This document shows, in pieces, positions 46,582 through 55,495 of a DNA stretch of 64,000 nucleotides. The stretch is from Leptospiraceae bacterium UBA2033 (lineage in GTDB: Bacteria > Spirochaetota > Leptospiria > Leptospirales > Leptospiraceae), in the NCBI GenBank assembly GCA_002333425.1, contig DDBL01000133.1, positions 5,740 to 69,739 of the forward strand, read 5' to 3'. The notes below the pieces were generated by a model, which searched no databases, was not told the origin of the DNA, and saw only the letters and a program-made list of their open reading frames with translations. How positions within the stretch are numbered: the first letter of the stretch is position 1; each line of letters opens with the position of its first letter. The translations under genes and the position numbers were made by a program.

Positions 46582-47778
46582 TTATGTTTGTGTTTCATCA
46601 TCGTCAGTATCTGTTTCATCAGGAACTGTATTGTTCTCTTGGGTTTCTGGTTTAATTTCTTTTTTTTCTTCTTCTTTTTCTGAATAATTACTTTCTTCTT
46701 TTAAAAGTTGAATACATTCCTTGGCGTATTTCTTAGCTCTTTCTGTTACAGTACTTGGTTCGTATTTGTCGACTATCGCATTAAATACCACTGCTGCACG
46801 GTCATATTTTTTGGTAGCAAATAAAGCCATTCCTTTTGTGAATAATGCATAATGGTCGAGAGAACCCGGTTCGTTAATTAAAACTTCTTCTGCAAAATGA
46901 ATCGCTTGCGGATAACGTCCTAATTTTAAGTTACATTCTCCCATATAGTAGAGTATTTTTTCTCTTTGTTTGCCATCGCGTGTTCTTTTTAAAAGTTTAG
47001 TAAAAGCAGTTAACGCTTTTTCAAATTGATTTTTGTTATATAGTATTTTGATTTTATCAAAGGCGGCTGACTTTTCTTCATTTACTGCTACTTTAGGCTC
47101 TACATGGTCTAAAGCTGAAACCTCTTCTGAATAATTTTCAAATATATCGTAAGACGCGAAATCTTTTCCGAGTTTTCTCAGTGCCCTTGTCCAGCCAATT
47201 CTTGCTTGTACGTTATTTGGATATTCTTGAACTGCTAAAAAGTAATTTTTACTTGCGTTCTCGTATTTAGATTTTCGCATAAAAAAATCTGCAATTGAAA
47301 GTAGAGCTTTTGAACGTAATTTATTGTCTCTGCTTGTTTGAAGAACTGAGTTTAGATGGATTTTTCCTTCCTCTTCTTGGTTTAAGAGTAGAAGAAGATT
47401 TCCTAGCGCATAACTAAGATTTTCCCTTTCTTCCTTTGAGAGATTAGGCATTTGATTTAGTTCTTTGTAAATGTCTAATGCTCTTAGTCTATCTTTGTTT
47501 TTTTGTAGAGCACCTGCGTGACCGAAAGATACTCTGAATCTGAAAATATCTGGAACAGTTTTGGAAGTAAGCTCAGTAAATAAAAGAAGTGCTTTTTGAG
47601 AACTTTTTTTACTAGACTGACTTAATAGTTCTTCTGCTATTTTGAGTCTTTCTTCAAACGGGTAAGCATTATTCTCCACCGTTTTTTCTTCTGCGTGGTT
47701 TACGATAACGTAAACTCCAGTTAATACTCCCGCAGCAACAAATATAAATCCGACTAAAATTAAAATTAATCTACTCAT
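46582..47778 (-). CDS. TPR-repeat protein with N-terminal membrane anchor
   Basis: Has one N-terminal TM segment, multiple 34-aa TPR-like repeats and an acidic tail. It overlaps the upstream gene. Confidence 0.65.
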   Translation of the reverse strand: MSRLILILVGFIFVAAGVLTGVYVIVNHAEEKTVENNAYPFEERLKIAEELLSQSSKKSSQKALLLFTELTSKTVPDIFRFRVSFGHAGALQKNKDRLRALDIYKELNQMPNLSKEERENLSYALGNLLLLLNQEEEGKIHLNSVLQTSRDNKLRSKALLSIADFFMRKSKYENASKNYFLAVQEYPNNVQARIGWTRALRKLGKDFASYDIFENYSEEVSALDHVEPKVAVNEEKSAAFDKIKILYNKNQFEKALTAFTKLLKRTRDGKQREKILYYMGECNLKLGRYPQAIHFAEEVLINEPGSLDHYALFTKGMALFATKKYDRAAVVFNAIVDKYEPSTVTERAKKYAKECIQLLKEESNYSEKEEEKKEIKPETQENNTVPDETDTDDDETQT

Positions 47779-49454
47779 CTACTTCCCCGATTTTCTAAAC
47801 ATCTTTTTACGTAAAAATCCACACGTTCTTTATCATAGTTCATCTGTACTTCTTCTTTGAGTAATATCTTTAATGCTAAATTGTATTCCCCTAGATTGTA
47901 ATGAGATAACGCAGCGAAAAATAGCGATTTGCCTCTGATAGAATCATCTGTTACTCTATCAGCTAGAGACTTGAATTTGACTAGAGCTTCTCTAAACTTT
48001 TCTTTTTTATAATACTGTGACATGATAACATCAAAATCAGGATTGAGTTCCTCTACAATTGGAGCTGGCTTTGGTGTTGGAACTGGTTTTTCTTCTGATT
48101 TGATTTCTTCTTTTTTCTTTTTCTTCTTTTCTTTTTTCTTTTTTTCTGGTTCTATTTCTTCTTTTTTTTCATCTTCGACTTTTTCTGCTTCAATTTTTAC
48201 AAACGATTGTCCTTCTTTTAGGATTAAATTTTCTTCTCCATCTTCTGTTTTAGTGGTTACAGCGTAATACACTGTTTTTGATCTGTCTGTATTGGGATGA
48301 AGAAATGATTGTCTCGGATGGTTTACTGTTCCAACTTTTTTTGCATTTTCATTAAGTTTGCCATTAGCCTCATTTATGATTGGAGTTTCGGATTGATAGA
48401 TATTATATGTGACAGAGCCATTTCCAGGTTCTTCCAGCAAAGTCCAAGTTAGTGCAACTCCTATTTTTTTGGTTTCGGCAGTTAGGTTTTTGATTGTTAT
48501 TGAATTAGTAGCAACTGGGACTTTTTTTTCTTCTACAACTGCAATTTCTTCACTGGGAAGAGCTTCTTTTTTGTTGTTACTTTTTACAAAGTAAAATTTG
48601 CGAAATGACTTATTATCCTCTAATGGAATTTTTTCTTTATCTCCAATTGTAACGGTTACTCCATAGTAGACGTTCTGTGTGGATGTTAGACCTGTGTCTA
48701 GAAAAGTTGTTTCGGGATGAATTACTTCTCCTATCTTAGTGGCTTTTTCCATTAGCCCAATATTGAACATTGGCTCTACGGAACGATAAATAGAATATTT
48801 AGGGTTGTTGGTTTCTGCATCATGTGGTGCAATCCAGTTAAGCTGAATTACATTCTCAACATTTTTAATTCTGAGATTGCTTATTGAGTCTATTTCTAAA
48901 TTTTTATTTACAGGGGTTGTTTCTTGCGATTTGGCTTCAACGGGTGCATTGGCTTTCGTAGGAACTGTAGCTGGAATAATTGTATAATTCAAACCTGGAA
49001 AAAGTTTCACATTTTTCTTTTTTACTTGCGAGACTAGTACGATCGCATAATAGTAGTCGCCGGGTCTAAGATTTACATCTCTAAAGGAATTGAAAATATG
49101 AACTTTATCGCTTTTGTATTTTCCTAAAGAATCTGAAATACCTAACTTTTCCATTGTATCAATTACTTCAGTTGACCTAGCAATTACGACATCTCCCTCA
49201 TCTACGGGTGGTGTCCAAGTTAGTTCGATAGAAATAGAATCTGCGCTAAGAGTTGCTTTTAGATCCGATACAACGTCTTTATCTACTTTTTTTTTCTCAG
49301 TAGTCTCTATTTCATTTACTTTTTTGGCTGGTTCTTGCGAAAAAATACCAAAGTTGCAAAAGTAAAGGAGTGTAAAAAAAAGAATTTTGCAGAATGTTAA
49401 TTTGGAAAAATTCTTTTTTGAAATTGATTGGTTGATCGCGGTTAGATATTTCAT
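47775..49454 (-). CDS. Exported protein with three FN3-like repeats, Lys/Glu-rich linker and C-terminal TPR
   Basis: Three ~95-aa repeats are present (...LTWTPP..., ...LNWIAP..., ...LTWTLL...YYAVT). A linker KKEEIEPEKKKKEKKKKKKEEIK follows, then TPR-like helices. Confidence 0.6.
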   Translation of the reverse strand: MKYLTAINQSISKKNFSKLTFCKILFFTLLYFCNFGIFSQEPAKKVNEIETTEKKKVDKDVVSDLKATLSADSISIELTWTPPVDEGDVVIARSTEVIDTMEKLGISDSLGKYKSDKVHIFNSFRDVNLRPGDYYYAIVLVSQVKKKNVKLFPGLNYTIIPATVPTKANAPVEAKSQETTPVNKNLEIDSISNLRIKNVENVIQLNWIAPHDAETNNPKYSIYRSVEPMFNIGLMEKATKIGEVIHPETTFLDTGLTSTQNVYYGVTVTIGDKEKIPLEDNKSFRKFYFVKSNNKKEALPSEEIAVVEEKKVPVATNSITIKNLTAETKKIGVALTWTLLEEPGNGSVTYNIYQSETPIINEANGKLNENAKKVGTVNHPRQSFLHPNTDRSKTVYYAVTTKTEDGEENLILKEGQSFVKIEAEKVEDEKKEEIEPEKKKKEKKKKKKEEIKSEEKPVPTPKPAPIVEELNPDFDVIMSQYYKKEKFREALVKFKSLADRVTDDSIRGKSLFFAALSHYNLGEYNLALKILLKEEVQMNYDKERVDFYVKRCLENRGSR

Positions 49455-49642
49455 AGTTTTACCATTTTACGAATAAAAGAACACAAAAATAGAGGGAAAG
49501 GAAATAAATTTCAACCATAATTAAAAAAAACCGTAATTACAAAACAGAAATATTTCTTTTTTATTCTTAAAATACTCTGTTTACAACCTTGCATTTATTA
49601 TCGACATCTAATAGTTCATATTATACAACATGCAAAACTAAT

Positions 49643-49678
49643 TTATCGGTGCTTTCGGTGTAATCGTTGGTAATCTTT
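49643..49678 (-). repeat. ATTACCAA + CACCGA-word element (reverse orientation)
   Basis: The reverse complement reads AAAGATTACCAACGATTACACCGAAAGCACCGATAA. It is related to 19474-19500. Confidence 0.6.
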
Positions 49679-49755
49679 GATTTTAAAAAAGTTGTAGAAT
49701 TTATTCGTTGCTATGAAGTATTGAGAGTCGATTAGACATAATAGGGAAATAAAGT

Positions 49756-50391
49756 ATGATTAGCCAGGAAATAGATTATTATGAAGATATGAAATACCAA
49801 GATTTTCTTTTGTCATTTAGACGAAAGATTATTTGTCCGCCAGAAAAAATCATGTACTACTTAGAAATTAAAGATGCAATGAACGTAGCAGATTTTGGGA
49901 TGGGGAAAGGTTTTTTTATTCCTTACTTAAAAAAGAAAATGGATAAAGAAGCCCATCTCTGGGGAATTGATTATCAACAAGAAATTTTGGATTTGGTTCT
50001 TAGACGAAAAGTCGAGGAGGATATTCAGAATTTTACAGCCGTTCATATTGATAAAACAGAGCATCCTTTACTTCCGAATTGGATTCCTTTGCCTGACGTG
50101 ATTTTTACGGCTATGTGTCTTTCTACTTTTCCTGACCCGGGATTTGCCATGGACGGTCTTATTAGGTCGATGAAACCAGAAGGTAGACTTTTTGTGATTG
50201 ATTGGGCTAAGGTGGAGTTTCCGGAAGGTCCCGCAATCAAGGATAAAATTTCTTTTGATAAAATGAAGTATCTCGCAGAATACCATAAACTGAAAATTGT
50301 AAATGCATTTACAGTAAATGAATTTGTCTATGGAATGGAAATTGTAGCTGGTCCTGAATTTAAAACCCAGTTCTATGACTACAGGGAGTAG
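49756..50391 (+). CDS. Class I SAM-dependent methyltransferase
   Basis: Motif I VADFGMGKGFF and a post-I acidic residue. Length is 211 aa. Confidence 0.65.
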   Translation: MISQEIDYYEDMKYQDFLLSFRRKIICPPEKIMYYLEIKDAMNVADFGMGKGFFIPYLKKKMDKEAHLWGIDYQQEILDLVLRRKVEEDIQNFTAVHIDKTEHPLLPNWIPLPDVIFTAMCLSTFPDPGFAMDGLIRSMKPEGRLFVIDWAKVEFPEGPAIKDKISFDKMKYLAEYHKLKIVNAFTVNEFVYGMEIVAGPEFKTQFYDYRE

Positions 50392-50394
50392 AGT

Positions 50395-50787
50395 ATGAAA
50401 GAAAATAAAATTCTCGAACTATTGAAAAAAAAAGACTGCACTATTGCGATTGTCGGCGCTACGAATGATTCTAGCAAATATGGAAATATCATTTATAGAG
50501 ATTTAAAAAATAAAAATATTAAGGTTTACGGCATTAATCCCAAGGCAACAACGATAGATGGGGATAAGGCGTATCATGCGCTAGGTGATTTAGGATTTAT
50601 TCCTGATATCATTGACATGGTTGTTCCACCCAAAATAGGACTCGAGACTATTAAGGCGGCTGTGGCTAATGGCTACGATAACTTTTGGTTACAACCCGGA
50701 GCTGAAAGTGAAGAAATAATTGAATACCTAGAGAAAAATCAAAAAAATTATCTTGCTTATGCTTGTGTAATGGTAGAGAGCAGGTAA
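50395..50787 (+). CDS. CoA-binding domain protein (YccU/YneT-like)
   Basis: IAIVGATNDSSKYGNIIYRDL...VYGINPK...DMVVPP. Confidence 0.75.
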   Translation: MKENKILELLKKKDCTIAIVGATNDSSKYGNIIYRDLKNKNIKVYGINPKATTIDGDKAYHALGDLGFIPDIIDMVVPPKIGLETIKAAVANGYDNFWLQPGAESEEIIEYLEKNQKNYLAYACVMVESR

Positions 50788-50797
50788 GGGTAAACTT

Positions 50798-52456
50798 ATG
50801 AATAACTTTACAGAATCAATCTTAAAAGATTTGGAAAACAAAGAAAATGGATCTTTCCAAATTAAAAATGAAAATAACCATGCTGTATTATCCGTTTACA
50901 AAGCCGGCAAAAATGGAAAACCTGTAACTAGGCAAGATGTATTTCAGAGATTGAAACTGTTTAATATTGAAGGTTATGATAGAGCACAAGTCGAAGTTAT
51001 TGTTGCAAATGCAGACGGGAAAGACCATCCAATTGCAGCTTGGACAGGTGGAAATCCAGTTGATTCAAAGTTAGACATAGAAATTTCTCCTGATAAAATG
51101 GAGGCTTATATCATTATTTACCCCGCATTACATGGTGGAAATACTTTAAAAAAAGAAGATGTAATTCAGTCTTTAAAATCAAATGGAGTTTTTTTCGGAT
51201 TAAAAGAAGATGTAATTTCTCATTTACTGGACAATCAGAAATTTTTTATCAAAACGTTAGTTGCCCAAGGTATAAAACCAACCCCTACAATCAATGGTTA
51301 TATAAAAGTTTTATTTGAACCCCATAACAAACCAAATCTACATGAAGACGAAAAAGGTAGAGTAGACTTTAAAGATATTCAAGTTATTAAAAATACCAAA
51401 AAAGGCGAAATTTTAGCAGAAAAAATAGAACCAAAACTTGGAACTGCTGGCAAAAATGTTTTTAGTGAGGAAGTTCCTATCGACAAACCAATAGAAGGAA
51501 ATTGGAAAACAGGGGCTAATTGTGAGTTGTCGGAAGATTCTAAAAAGTTAAAAGCATCTATTGCCGGAAGACCCATTTTAGAAAGAGATGGAACAATTCG
51601 TGTGGATGAAGTTTGTTACTTAGAGAATGTAGATTATTCAACGGGTAATGTTGATTTTCCGGGAACGATTATTGTGGACGGAACTGTTGCGGATAACTTT
51701 ACTCTTCGCACAAAAGGTTCCCTTATCATTAAAAAAAGTGTAGGGCGAGTTTTTCTCTATGCGGATAGAGATATTGTTTTATCCGGTGGGGTGATGGGGC
51801 GAAATGGTGGAGTTATCGAATCTAAAGCAGATGTATATGCTCGTTTTGTAGAGCAGGGAAATATTAAGGCAGGAAAAAGTATTTTCATCGAAGAGGCATC
51901 CATGCATTCAGAGTTAGTTGCAGGGGATTCTATCACTATCAAAGGTGGAAGAGGAGAGCTTATCGGCGGAGAGGCAATTGCAGGAAAAATGATTTCTGTT
52001 AGTAAACTAGGCGCAGTTGTGGAAACTCGAACTGAGTTAATTGTTGGTTTGCCTCCAGAAATTTTAGAAGAGCTTCGCAAAATGAAAGAAGAAATTTTCT
52101 CTCAGGAAGAAATTTTAAAAAAAGTAAAACAGAGTATGTCAAAACTCATAGACCCGAAAAAAGAAAACACTCCTGATGAGAAACAAATGCTCATTAAACT
52201 CTACGAAGTCGAAAAAAAATATACCGACCTACTTGCAAATACTAAAACTCAATACGAAACGTTAGTTGTTAGTTATGAGCCCGCAGGATCTGCCTACGTG
52301 GAAGTGGAAAAAAGTCTTTTTCCAAAAGTAGCTATTAATTTAGGAAAAGGAAAAATTTATAATTCAGAGCTTAAAACTTATAACGGAAGATGTTTTATCT
52401 ACAATAACGAAGATGGAATTCCTACTAGAACTACGGTTCCACCTAAAAAAATATAA
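50798..52456 (+). CDS. FapA (DUF342) family protein
   Basis: A beta-helical repeat region GNVDFPGTIIVDGTVADNFTLRTKGSLII... is followed by a coiled-coil tail, as in FapA/DUF342. Confidence 0.65.
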   Translation: MNNFTESILKDLENKENGSFQIKNENNHAVLSVYKAGKNGKPVTRQDVFQRLKLFNIEGYDRAQVEVIVANADGKDHPIAAWTGGNPVDSKLDIEISPDKMEAYIIIYPALHGGNTLKKEDVIQSLKSNGVFFGLKEDVISHLLDNQKFFIKTLVAQGIKPTPTINGYIKVLFEPHNKPNLHEDEKGRVDFKDIQVIKNTKKGEILAEKIEPKLGTAGKNVFSEEVPIDKPIEGNWKTGANCELSEDSKKLKASIAGRPILERDGTIRVDEVCYLENVDYSTGNVDFPGTIIVDGTVADNFTLRTKGSLIIKKSVGRVFLYADRDIVLSGGVMGRNGGVIESKADVYARFVEQGNIKAGKSIFIEEASMHSELVAGDSITIKGGRGELIGGEAIAGKMISVSKLGAVVETRTELIVGLPPEILEELRKMKEEIFSQEEILKKVKQSMSKLIDPKKENTPDEKQMLIKLYEVEKKYTDLLANTKTQYETLVVSYEPAGSAYVEVEKSLFPKVAINLGKGKIYNSELKTYNGRCFIYNNEDGIPTRTTVPPKKI

Positions 52457-52482
52457 ATTTTGTGTAACTACTCAGTGTGGTT

Positions 52483-52761
52483 TGCCACAGAGGCACAAAG
52501 ACACTGAGAATTTTGGATTTTATGCGGACTCTGGAATTTGTACTTCGCCTTTAAGAAGAGGGGTTGTGTAAAAGCATTGCCACGGAGGCACAGAGTCGCA
52601 GAGAAATGCGGTTTCTTGGCATTCTGCGCTCAAAAATTTATGCTTTTACACAAACCCTCTATTATAGTAAAATAATAACTAAGACTAAATTACTGAAATT
52701 GGCAGTATTTTATTAAATAAACTCTCTTTGATTTTCTCCGTGCCTCAGCGCCTCTGTGGCA
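52483..52761. repeat. Cluster of TTGCCAC + triple-octamer elements (2 forward, 1 reverse) with an embedded 21-bp inverted repeat
   Basis: The units are 52483-52508 TGCCACAGAGGCACAAAGACACTGAG, 52578-52603 TGCCACGGAGGCACAGAGTCGCAGAG and 52736-52761 (reverse). The inverted repeat is AGAGGGGTTGTGTAAAAGCAT (52557-52577) paired with ATGCTTTTACACAAACCCTCT (52640-52660). Confidence 0.8.
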
Positions 52762-52805
52762 ATAACTTATGTTGTGTAGTTACAATTTTATTATTACAAC
52801 TTACT

Positions 52806-54266
52806 TCAAAAACATTTTTTACAAACTAACGAAGTTGGAAGCGCATAAATCCAAGTTTCCTCTCCCGATGTTTGGTAGGTTTGTTTTTGGTCTTCTGTAA
52901 GTGTAATAGTAAGAATTGGATAAATTGGGATTTCATTTTCTGTAGATGGGATTTCTGGGAAGATAATTTGATTAAGCGGCTTAGAATTATTATCCGCATT
53001 TGACTGTAAATGAAAGGTGAAACTTATATCTTTTCCTTTGGTAAATGGAACTCCCGTGCTAAGTAGGAATGGTCTGTAAAAATCAAAGTCAGATTCTTCT
53101 AAAAAGTTTACTCCAACTGGCGAGTCTTCTTTTTTGACAGCTAACATTTGGTCTCTTATTTGATTTCGGATATATGCCAATTGTTTTAGTTCATTCTCAA
53201 ATTCTGTGTTAAAACTTATCCAATGTTCCATCAAAATAGAAAAAGAATCTTCGTCTAGGTCAACGCTAAATTGAGTTAAAAAATACATTGCTAAAAAAGT
53301 TTCTTCCCTATTTAAACTTTTTATATCATTTAAGATATTTTTATAAAAGTTAGCAAGTCGTTCATCGTTTAAAATTCCAATCGGAAATGGAGAGGTTGGG
53401 TTTAGGGCAAGTCTGGATTTTATTTCATCTGGAATTTTGTCCAAAGCAAGTAAATGAGAATTAGCCTCCGCAAACGCAATAGAATAAAAAACGCCACTGC
53501 CATAATAATCAGCAAAAATTTCCTCTGGACTTTGCCATAATTCTTGTTTGGAGAGATAATAAACTAATCCACGCCGGACAAATTCTTCCTGTAGATTTTT
53601 TTGTTCAGGTGATTCGCCTAATCCAAGTTTGCCCCAAATCGAATGGGGACGAATTCCTTCTGCTAGAGCGGTTAATGTGGATTCATCGCTCCGTAATATT
53701 TTTCCATCCTTGGATAGTAGAAAATCTTCGTAAATACCTTTTTGTATTTTGCTGCATATTGATTGGTTTGTGCGAAAACATTCTTGGTATTCTTGGATGA
53801 TTTGGGCAGAACGAATATGGGGTCTTTGAAGAGAAAATAAGAATGTCACAAATAGGAGAGAAGAAAAAAAAGCTGGCACAGTCAGTAACAGTCGAAAGAA
53901 CTTTTTCTCTTTAGAAAAATCTAGAAATAGTAAAAAGGAAATTACTAAAATTGGAAGAATAAGTAATAAACTTAGTTTAGACCAAAATTCATTTCCTGCG
54001 ATGAGATCTTGTTTTTTTAAACTACGGATGTATATAGGAAGAGCAAAACCAATGAAACTAAGGAGTATACTTTCCAAATGTTCGTCTATAAAAGAATTTA
54101 CCTTTTCGGTTGGGATTTCTTCAATGAGAGCATCTTTCTTTTTAGATAATTCTCGCTTCATTTCTTGAAATATTTCATTTTCTTTATCACTGGCAGCTAC
54201 TGTTTTTGTTGCACCTGGTTTTATGATGGGAGGAGAACTTGATTTTTTAGATGAATTATTCGGCAT
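52806..54266 (-). CDS. Hypothetical membrane protein (486 aa)
   Basis: Has a basic N-terminus, about 4 TM segments and a large C-terminal domain. I recognise no motif. Confidence 0.55.
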   Translation of the reverse strand: MPNNSSKKSSSPPIIKPGATKTVAASDKENEIFQEMKRELSKKKDALIEEIPTEKVNSFIDEHLESILLSFIGFALPIYIRSLKKQDLIAGNEFWSKLSLLLILPILVISFLLFLDFSKEKKFFRLLLTVPAFFSSLLFVTFLFSLQRPHIRSAQIIQEYQECFRTNQSICSKIQKGIYEDFLLSKDGKILRSDESTLTALAEGIRPHSIWGKLGLGESPEQKNLQEEFVRRGLVYYLSKQELWQSPEEIFADYYGSGVFYSIAFAEANSHLLALDKIPDEIKSRLALNPTSPFPIGILNDERLANFYKNILNDIKSLNREETFLAMYFLTQFSVDLDEDSFSILMEHWISFNTEFENELKQLAYIRNQIRDQMLAVKKEDSPVGVNFLEESDFDFYRPFLLSTGVPFTKGKDISFTFHLQSNADNNSKPLNQIIFPEIPSTENEIPIYPILTITLTEDQKQTYQTSGEETWIYALPTSLVCKKCF

Positions 54267-54400
54267 AGTATCTTACTCACTTTGAAAACTCTCTTTAATT
54301 CTGTCAAGTTAAGGATTTTTCACCACATTATGTTGCGCCCCAAGAAGCAACATTGAGTTTAAACACTGATTAACACGGATGGTTTTAATAAATCAATATT

Positions 54401-54437
54401 TTATGCGTGTCCATAGCGTTAGCGTGTGGTAATCTTT
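54401..54437 (-). repeat. ATTACCAC + CACGC-word element (reverse orientation)
   Basis: The reverse complement reads AAAGATTACCACACGCTAACGCTATGGACACGCATAA. Confidence 0.55.
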
Positions 54438-54478
54438 AAATTTTACATTGACTATTGTAACTTTTTTTACAAAAAATC

Positions 54479-54507
54479 TTGACATAACATATATTAACTA
54501 TTAGATT
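54479..54507 (+). promoter_or_regulatory. Sigma70-type promoter of lexA
   Basis: TTGACA (54479-54484), a 17-nt spacer and TAGATT (54502-54507). ATG 54515 lies 7 nt after the -10. Confidence 0.55.
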
Positions 54508-54514
54508 GTATAGT

Positions 54515-55123
54515 ATGAAAGAATTGACAGACAAACAAGAACTTGTATTAAAATTTATAACCGGTGTTATTAAAGACAAAGGTGTTCCCCCAACTATCCG
54601 TGAGATTGGGGACGAATTTCAAATTACTGCTAAGGGTGCGTACGATCATCTCAAGGCTATCGAAAAAAAAGGTTATCTCAAAACTTCCAAGAACCAATCT
54701 AGAGCCATTGAACTTCTTCGCCATAGTGCAGAGGATGGGCTTCCTGTTCGTGTAATGAGTATTCCCTTGATAGGTAGGGTTGCGGCAGGTCTTCCTATTT
54801 TTGCCGAGGAAAATATTGAAGATTATATCCCCGTTCCAGATCGTATGTCCAAGAAAGGCACCATTTTCGCTTTGAAAGTTGTGGGTGAATCCATGATTGG
54901 AGATGGGATTAATGACGGTGACATTGCCATCATTCAAAAGAAGGAAGTTGCACGAAATGGGGAAATTGTAGTTGCTCTTATCGAAGGGGAGGCTACTCTC
55001 AAAACTTACTTCAAAGACTCTGACATGGTTCGTTTAGAGCCAAGTAATAGCAAATTCAAAACTATCAAAACCAAGAAAGCCAGTATCATTGGCAAATTGA
55101 TTGGTTTATATCGATTTTACTAA
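54515..55123 (+). CDS. lexA: LexA repressor
   Basis: Has an N-terminal wHTH MKELTDKQELVLKFI...PTIREIG. The cleavage region is VAAGLP and the S24 peptidase residues are GESM...K. ATG 54515 is preferred over the TTG at 54506, which lies inside the -10. Confidence 0.92.
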   Translation: MKELTDKQELVLKFITGVIKDKGVPPTIREIGDEFQITAKGAYDHLKAIEKKGYLKTSKNQSRAIELLRHSAEDGLPVRVMSIPLIGRVAAGLPIFAEENIEDYIPVPDRMSKKGTIFALKVVGESMIGDGINDGDIAIIQKKEVARNGEIVVALIEGEATLKTYFKDSDMVRLEPSNSKFKTIKTKKASIIGKLIGLYRFY

Positions 55124-55204
55124 GAAGTGTCTTATTTTTTACAATCTTAGTTTGCTCGTGAATTCCTATTGACAAAAAAAGGAAACTCGCATTTTCATAA
55201 ATCA

Positions 55205-55495
55205 ATGAAGAGTTTCCTTTTTCTTTTTTTATTAGCATTCACTCTTTTTTATTCCTGCGCCCCTAAGAAAGAGCAAGTTTCCGATGTGGATTTGAAACGT
55301 TTAATTGATAGAATCGCAGTGATTCGAATGAGTCAAAATTTAGATTTCAATCCCACTGATAGTAAAGCCCTCAAGACGGACTACCAGATATTTAAAGAAG
55401 TTTGTGAGATATTTCGTCTAGACCCTACACTTGCATTAGAAAAAATGAAATCTCAAAATCCCGAATTATACAAACACATAATGGCAAAACGATGA
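55205..55495 (+). CDS. Small lipoprotein, unknown function
   Basis: Start MKSFLFLFLLAFTLFYSC (lipobox). There is an ATGA overlap with ctpA. Confidence 0.55.
   Translation: MKSFLFLFLLAFTLFYSCAPKKEQVSDVDLKRLIDRIAVIRMSQNLDFNPTDSKALKTDYQIFKEVCEIFRLDPTLALEKMKSQNPELYKHIMAKR

Noticed and set aside
48080-48190. A long pyrimidine-rich low-complexity tract (TTCTTTTT runs) considered as a regulatory repeat.
   Set aside because: It is the antisense image of the Lys/Glu-rich linker coding region of the 559-aa minus-strand gene.
52483-52761. The triple-octamer repeats considered as a CRISPR array.
   Set aside because: Repeat units are 26 nt, imperfect and in mixed orientation. There are no regular unique spacers and no cas genes.
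54451-54475. The palindrome TTGTAA-cttttt-TTACAA upstream of lexA, considered as a LexA box.
   Set aside because: It does not fit TTTG-N5-CAAA spacing and lies upstream of the -35. It is likely chance symmetry in AT-rich DNA.
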